Assembly (NCBI GenBank): GCA_023205875.1 | Contig: CP060773.1 | Span: 1-64,000, forward strand | Reading direction: 5' to 3' | DNA length: 64,000 bases | From: Chloropicon primus | Taxonomy: Eukaryota | Shown here: positions 57,350-64,000 of the stretch, in pieces | Numbering within the stretch: position 1 is the first letter of the stretch | Layout of the letters: each line of letters starts with the position of its first letter | Position numbers and translations under genes: made by a program | Notes under the pieces: generated by a model | Told to the model about the DNA's origin: nothing | Database searches by the model: none | The model's input: only the letters and a program-made list of their open reading frames with translations

Positions 57350-57705
57350 GGCCAGTGCAAAGGGTGAGACCATTGCATGGTTCGGTTTCGGGTTCGGGTT
57401 CGGTTTGTGTTCATGCAGCGAGAGGGACGTATAACACGGACTTCAGCTCAACTTTGGAGTACAAGCGTCATGACAAGGATGTCGGTTCATCGGAGTATCA
57501 GATTGCTCGGCTGAGTACGAGGATCAAGCAGCTGACGGAGCACTTGAAGGAGCACAAGACGGACCACGCGACGCGTAGAGGTCTTATGGCTTTGCTCAGC
57601 AGGAGGAACACTTTGCTCCAGTATCTTTTCAGGACGGATAGAGCGACGTACACGTCCACGATTCAGAGCTTGGGCATCAGGTCGAGGCTCCAGGATAAGA
57701 TCTAG
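57283..57705 (+). CDS. rps15: Plastid ribosomal protein S15
   Basis: HDKDVGSSEYQIARLS.RI..LTEHLKEHK.DH.TRRGL; transit peptide. Confidence 0.92.
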   Translation: MAMAHRVVARSKASTHRHAAVARPVQRVRPLHGSVSGSGSVCVHAARGTYNTDFSSTLEYKRHDKDVGSSEYQIARLSTRIKQLTEHLKEHKTDHATRRGLMALLSRRNTLLQYLFRTDRATYTSTIQSLGIRSRLQDKI

Positions 57706-57841
57706 AAGAGGAGGGACGTCGTCTTGTAGTGTGTAATCGTATTCTTACTTTTGATGTTCTACAGCTCCCCCTCACCTCACCGTCCCCCCAAACATCGAGG
57801 CCTCCGAGCCAAACGATGCGGGGTGATGGCTTCCCTGTGCG

Positions 57842-59721
57842 TCACGGTAGGGCTCGGAGGCCTCCTGGGCACGCTTCATCCGCAGTGCACTTCCGGAAGG
57901 AGTTCGCCACTCGGTGATCTGATTGGTGGTACGACTCGTCGGCTCGGGCGCAGTTGCCCTTCGCTGGCACCGGAAGAGGCACGCCGGGGATGCATTCCCC
58001 GAGGGGAGAGAGGGGAACGACTGAGCAGTTCCTGCAGCCGCCGTAGCTTTCTTCCAAGGTCTGGCAGGGCTCGGAAATCTTGACCAAGCCTTCAAGTCTC
58101 CTCGCGAGCTGAGAGATGAGAACAACGTTCAGCTCTTCGGAATCAAAGTTTGAGGTCGTCAGCCCCTCTGGCAACCCTCCTCGGCTTCCCTTGGCACCCT
58201 TCCCTCCGCCGGCACCGCTCTCGTCCATCGGGTAGTAATGGCCTTGCACTCCCAGCTTCTGCAGGCGCTCGAAGCTGATGTTGGAAAACCCAAAGACGGT
58301 TACACTTTTGCACTTCTGCAGGGCGAGGACCACGCCGTGGAACCCCAAAGGCATTCTGATGCCTCTGACAAACCTGTTGATGAAACCCTCAAAGTCTGGA
58401 GCCAAAGCAAGGACGTTCCTCGTGCCTTGAGGGTCAGCATTTTTGAACAAAGTGAAGCTCGTCAAGGTGTCCAAGGACTCAATCTTCTGCAAGATGATTT
58501 CCCGTCTGTGCTTCCTCCAGTACTCCCAAGCCTGCTCGTGTCTTCCATCGCCCACGATTCGTACGGTCGTCTTGGAGCCCGCCTCATCCACGAACGGCGG
58601 ACCGGCAGGAGCGTCGTCGATGCGAAAGACTGCGTCGTGCCCATCGATCGCCTGTCCTTGGTTGTACCTGATGGAAGGGGCGGCGCGAACAAGGTGGGGA
58701 GCAGAGAGCAGGGTTGTCAAAAACAATTCAGGTGAAGAGGGCATTGGCTCCACCAAGGGGCGGCGACTCACCGCAAAAGCATTCCTGAGGATCCAACGAC
58801 TGCACACGTTTGCCAGTAACCGCCACGAGGGTAGCGGATGGATCCAAATAACTCGGCATCGGGCAAAGCTTCAACGAAGCCCTCGTAATCTGACTCGGGG
58901 ACCTCGCCACCTGCGAGGTTCGCCTCCTCTCCATTCACGTCAATGCGCCAGAAGCCATCTCGGCTTGGAGCGCTCGCCCTGGTAAGCTCGTATCGTGCGT
59001 TGTTGAAGTTGCCCTTCCTCATTCGATCGAAAAACGCATCCAGGTAGGTTTCTGTGGTCTTCTCGAAGAATCTTCCGAGGACTCGAGAGACTTCAATCCC
59101 AATCCTTCGACGCTTGAGGTCCTCCAGTTGATTCTTCAAGGCGCCCCGAACCTGGCGGAGAGCCTCCTGCTCTTTCTCCACACACACCCTCTCTCTCTTC
59201 CAAGCCCGCTCCATCTCCTCCAAGGTCTCGTCTTTGTTGAAGGTAACTTCCTGCATTGCCAGCTGGGTCTTGCCATTCCACTCGGCCTCCAGCTCCTCCA
59301 CCTCATACTTGCAGTTGGACTTCTCTTCATCCAAAGCTTGCTTTAGGGTCCTTATGTCACTCAGCAAGCTTGGGACCTTGTCTGTGTTCACCACCAGCAA
59401 GCGCTTGTCAAGCTCCTCTGCGATGGCTCCCTTGAGCTTCAGCACGGACACCCTCCCCGATGAAGCCGACTGAGACCAAAGGATCAATCCAAACACGGTT
59501 GCCGAGGAGTCAGAGCCTCGGAGGAGCCATACACGGGAAGCTTGGAGGGAAAAACAATGCAGAGGAGTGTCTTGACTTACCTTTGCCTCCTTCAATAGCT
59601 TCTCGACATAGACCAAGTCGATTAGACTCACCAGAGCCAGTACAATGCTGATGATGAGGCCCAAGGATGTCAGAAACTTCCCTTTCCTCCCTCCTCCTCT
59701 CCTTCCTCCCTTCCTCAACAT
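57842..59721 (-). CDS. GT29 sialyltransferase-like type II membrane protein; introns 58668-58771 and ~59470-59580
   Basis: Sialylmotif L (CAVVGSSG.L...G..ID.HDAVFR...AP....GSKTT.R), motif S (G...V.ALQKC..VTVFGFS), HYY; N-terminal TM and coiled stem. Confidence 0.82.
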
Positions 59722-60302
59722 CCCCAACTATCTATCCATGGGCCAACTTCAGGCTCTTCCAGTGGGATCAAAAGGAGTGGAGTCCCCAAGGAAAGGCGTC
59801 ATAGCTTGAACCTGGATCATCCTCAGGGCATGGTGCTGCACATGGTTCACGCACGGACCTTATCTCACCCTTCTTGCTGCTCCTTCCGCCTTGCCCTTCA
59901 AGGGGGCTCCTCCTCTCAAGCTGTCCATGTGCTGCCAGAGACTTCAAAGGTGAAACACAAGCAATGAGGGAGGAGGATGGAGGGTGACTGGATGTCGGGA
60001 GGAGGATGGGGATGGAGGAACAGTGAGGCATTGTCTCTCACATCCAACTTCTCTCTGTCTATGACTCATCCCTGGAGGTTCACTCCCCTGAGGAGACAGA
60101 CTGAGAGAAAGAGTATTCGTATTCAGGGCCAAGCATCCATCAGCCTGGCCTCACTCTCCCTTCGTTTATGATGGCTCCTCCGGGTCCACTCAAAGTTGAT
60201 TTATAATTTATGAAGCAGCCGACTTGCCTTACTTTTGCTGCACTGCTTGTTTCTATAGCCATTCATTGCAGCAAAGTTCCCTCCCTCTCAAGCTGGACCG
60301 CC

Positions 60303-61788
60303 TCAGGAGCGGATCTGGAAAAAGCCACTTCTCGTGATGTACCTCACCCCCTTGTAAGGCTTGTACTTGACGTTGGTGACTTCCATGGAGTCCACCTCCA
60401 GCCCCGAAAGGGCACTGCCTTGCAGCTGGAAGCTCACTTCGAACGTGGGAGACTCCGAGGCAGCATTCGTGCAAGCGATGTTCGCGTTCAGACAGGCTGG
60501 CCTGTCCCTTCTAATCTTGCCGATGCTCCAGATCGCGGACCCTTTCTTCATGTCCACGGACACGGTGCCCACCGTGCTACTGATGTTGCAATTCGTCGTA
60601 GTGGAGGGCAAAGGGATCTTCACTGAGACCTGCTCAGGGGGCTTGGATTGCTCGGTCTTCAAGCCCACCATGATGCTTATCCTGCCCGATTCCTTCGAGT
60701 AGGTGATCTGGGGCTTGACGTAAAAGGGGATGATCGTCTTTTGGATCGACATCGCCGCCTGCTTTGAGATTTTGTAGCTCATGAGCTTGAACCTTCCGTC
60801 CGGAGGCACGAAAGACACAATCCGTTCCGATGCGTACTTGAGGTACCTCACGCTGGGGTGGAACCTGCAGTCGTCCAAAAGTTGTGGATTCTTGAACGTG
60901 ATCTGAAGATCAGGCATGCCAGACAGCTTGGAGTTCGCCATGACCTGTCCATAAATACCAATGTTCGACAGCATCCCGTTGCTGTCTATCGTGACGTCCA
61001 GCTCCTCAATCATATCCACGTAGATCTCGTTGTTGGCGTACCTCGCCGAGGACCTTCTCCACGGGATATTGGAGGACGCCGAGTCCGGCAAGGAGTCGCT
61101 TACTTGGGAACCAATCCGAAGTGCATTCGCCATCCTCGTCAACAGCCTCGGAGGAGCGATGATCTCCTTCAAAGTGTTCGTCTCTGTCAAGTACGGCACC
61201 CCACCGTCCAACATCTCGTCCAGAAGTTGGTAGATAGTGCATGCGTTGTCCTTTATCTCGTCCTCTGTCAGCTCCGCACCAAAGTATTCCACGCAAACAT
61301 CCAAGAAGTGAGACAAGAACTCCAACACCTTCAAAGGCGGCACCTGTATCACGACAATGAAAGACAAACAAGACAACGGCAGAGGACGAAGACAACGACG
61401 ACGGCGACGACGATGACGTTCCTCGAGTGCGTTAGGGTTCACTGACATACTGGTGCCACGGACCGCCGCAGGTCGTTCCTGTCCAATGCCTTGCATCCCT
61501 AATGCAGTCACTTACCTCCCTTTGGGTTGCACATCCAAATATAATCGGATCACTTCTGATGTGAAACAAATAACATTGTGGCATGGCGATCACGTTGGGC
61601 ACTTGCTGCTGCCCAGGGTGGTTCTTCGTGTCATGAAGAGAAACTTTCTCGCTCTTCAAAATCTCTTGCCAGAGGTCCTCCACGCATTGGTGATTCATCG
61701 CGACGGCGGACGTGTGCCTCGAACCAGCACACTGGTGCTCCACCAACGCCTCTCCCGTCTCTCCGCTAAGTATGAACACGGACTCCAT
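60303..61788 (-). CDS. AP3M: AP-3 complex mu subunit; intron 61344-61515
   Basis: SVFILS.TGE.LVE, VPPL.VLEFL, YQLLDEMLDGG.P, PWRR...Y.NNEIYVD, LSGMPDL, FVPPDG.F.LMSY, KPYKGVRYIT. Confidence 0.88.
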
Positions 61789-62095
61789 GATGCCAACCTC
61801 ACCTCACCTCGGGGCTTCACTCGAGGAGGAACGCAATCAAACTTGAGCCAAATGGGTCGAGTGAGGGCTCGTTCGAAAGAGAAAGATACGAGGATTACGA
61901 TGACACTCTCTCCTTCGCAACGCGACCTCGCCTTCGTCCTGAAAACGAGCCGATTCTATCGATACCTCCTTCACTTGGGTTGACGCCACCCCACAAGAAA
62001 AAACAAAATCAACTTCCTGCTTCTGGGTGGACGACTCGGGGCGAGTTCTTCGACGATTGAAAACGCATTGAGGAGAAGGAGAGAAAGAGGATGGG

Positions 62096-62260
62096 ACTGG
62101 ACGAAACTAGACCTCGAGATCTTTCCAACGAGCCCTCGATCGACTCGTTTGGTGCTCGGATGGGTCGAGGGATTGACTGGGAGGACTGGATGTGAAGCAG
62201 AAACCACCCGAATGCCTAATCTTGTCGAGGACAGTGAAGAACGTGACAGCCATTAGAGGG
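62096..62260 (-). repeat. Dispersed ~165-bp repeat, copy 2 (inverted relative to 36111-36274)
   Basis: Reverse complement matches copy 1 with scattered substitutions. Confidence 0.85.
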
Positions 62261-62390
62261 GAAGAAGACCGCACTGAACGAATCATTGACTCGTGAACGT
62301 TCCATAGGTCATTTGTGTGTCTCGTTTGACGTCTTGAGGGGCGGGTAGCTTGTTGTTGATGAGGATTTAGGGGAGAGGATGTGGAAGGTG

Positions 62391-63511
62391 ATGGGAGTTG
62401 GTGGCCAACGGGCGACGCGTGCGTTGTGCAGGGGCCGCAGAGCGGCGTCCTCCACCGCATCGGCCTCATCGGCGTCATCGGCGTGCGGATCTCGGGGGCG
62501 TGACGAGACAACCAGGGCGAGGAGGGAAGGAAGTGGTGAAATGTTTCAGGAGCTCGTGAGGTTTGTGGAGAGGAGGAACGAGCTCGTTGTGGTGACTGGT
62601 GCAGGGATCTCGACAGAGAGCGGCATTCCGGATTACCGGGGACCTCAGGGTGCGTATTCGACCGGTTTCAAGCCAGTGATGCATCAGAAATTCGTGAGTT
62701 GCGAGAGAACGAGGAAGGTAAGAGGTATTGGTTCTCGCCGTCTTAGGTGTGTCCGCGTCGTGGGGCTGACCAGCTTCTTTTTCTTCTTCTTCTTCTTTTT
62801 CTTCTTCAGCGTTACTGGGGACGGAGCATGGTGGGGTGGGAGAAGTTTGCGAGATGCCGTCCAAACAGGGCACACTTGGCCCTCTCTCAACTCGAGTCGA
62901 TGGGTAAAGTCTCTGGCATCGTCACTCAAAACGTCGATCGTCTGCATCACCTAGCGGGAAGCAAGCGGGTGCTTGAGCTCCACGGCACGACTCACGAGGT
63001 TGTGTGCTTGAATTGCACGTACAGGACGACCAGGAAGGAGTTCCAGGAGGAGCTGGAGAGGCTGAACCCGGCTTCGGGGGTCTGTGGGGCGGCGGGTGGC
63101 AGGCCGCCGCACACCACGTTTGAGGGGACGCCCGGCCTTCAGAGGCCGGATGGTGACATCGAAGTGGAAGTGGAGGAGAGGTTCCAGGTTCCCGTTTGCC
63201 CCAAGTGCGATGCAAGGAATGAGGTGGGGATGCTCAAGCCCGACGTGACTTTCTTCGGTGACAACGTACCGCCCTGGAGGCACGAGATGGCGACAAGCTT
63301 GGTCAAGAGCAGCGATGGGATGCTGATCGTGGGCTCGTCTCTCATGGTGTTCTCGGCGTTCAGGCTTGCGAAGCTTGCGCTTGATTCCGGGAAAGGTGTT
63401 GCTGTGCTGAACATGGGGGAGACCAGAATCGATGACCACGACAACCTTTTGAAGTACGAAGGGCCTATCGGCGAGACAATGCAGAGGCTGCAAAGGAGCA
63501 TGATTTTTTGA
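62391..63511 (+). CDS. SRT2: Class II sirtuin (SIRT4/SRT2-like), probably mitochondrial; intron 62718-62809
   Basis: TGAGISTESGIPDYRG, RYWGRS..GW, TQNVDRLH, ELHG, RPDGD, LKPDV.FFGDNV, GSSL.V.SAFR. Confidence 0.9.
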
Positions 63512-63555
63512 TGAAAAGTATTGGTATTAGAACTTGAACAAAAGTTTCCAAAATT

Positions 63556-64000
63556 CTACTGATCCAGCGTGAATAAAGGGATCTCGTCGTCAGCGGCGTT
63601 TCCTTGTGGGGTCCTTGCGCCAATATCGATCAACTTTCTGGAACACAAGTGAGACGAACGTGAGTCAGCCAGCAGAAGCAGGGGTGAAGAGAGAGTGTGT
63701 GAAAGTGAGAGAGAGCACAGAGCTCGGTGTGCTTACGTTGGCGCAGGGCTGATGTCTGTCTTGGCCGCAGCAGCGGCCTTGGCCGCGTTCTCTCGCATCT
63801 CCTTTTCCTCCTTCAACTTCCTCAGCTCCTCTCCGAGCTGCGCAAGCTGTGCCTTCAGCGACTGGATCTCCGCGAGTTTCTGGTTACTGGATCGCTGGGC
63901 TTCGTCGAGCGCCTGGGCCTTTGCCGCAGACGCTGCATCGAGCCTCTGCTGGATCGCCTGTGCGTGCTTTTCTCTCTCTTGGAGCTTTGTCTGGAGCTCG
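63556..64000 (-). CDS. 3' end of a coiled-coil protein (partial); intron 63638-63736
   Basis: Open E/K/A/Q-rich frame running off the window edge; GT-AG intron leads to a TAG stop. Confidence 0.55.

Noticed and set aside
3444..63511. Apparent cluster of chromatin genes (MYST, TRB-like, HDA9, sirtuin) near the telomere
   Set aside because: Spread over 60 kb among unrelated genes, and the sirtuin is the mitochondrial class; chance is sufficient

Overview
This is the left end of a compact, GC-rich green-algal nuclear chromosome. Intron style, TGTAA poly(A) signals, gene content and the TTTTAGG telomere suggest a Chloropicon-like picochlorophyte (inference, not verified). It begins with ~0.7 kb of (CCTAAAA)n telomere and a short subtelomeric duplication, followed by about 28 tightly packed protein genes (many with short GT-AG introns) and two tRNA-Gln(CUG) genes. 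Main points: (1) a membrane class III nucleotide cyclase with a PrxQ/BCP peroxiredoxin domain inserted in it, a candidate H2O2-sensing cyclase; (2) an apparently identical 513-bp upstream-plus-transit-peptide module shared by the plastid rpl13 and rps15 genes; (3) a selenocysteine glutathione peroxidase with in-frame TGA and a SECIS, mostly missed by the ORF track; (4) a LysM plus lysozyme-like protein; (5) a bacterial-type DUF4838-like gene with an intron; (6) a TRB/SMH-like telomere-binding gene with plant-type telo-boxes upstream although the telomere is TTTTAGG; (7) a possible pseudoknotted ncRNA. All family calls come from motif recognition by eye, not database searches.
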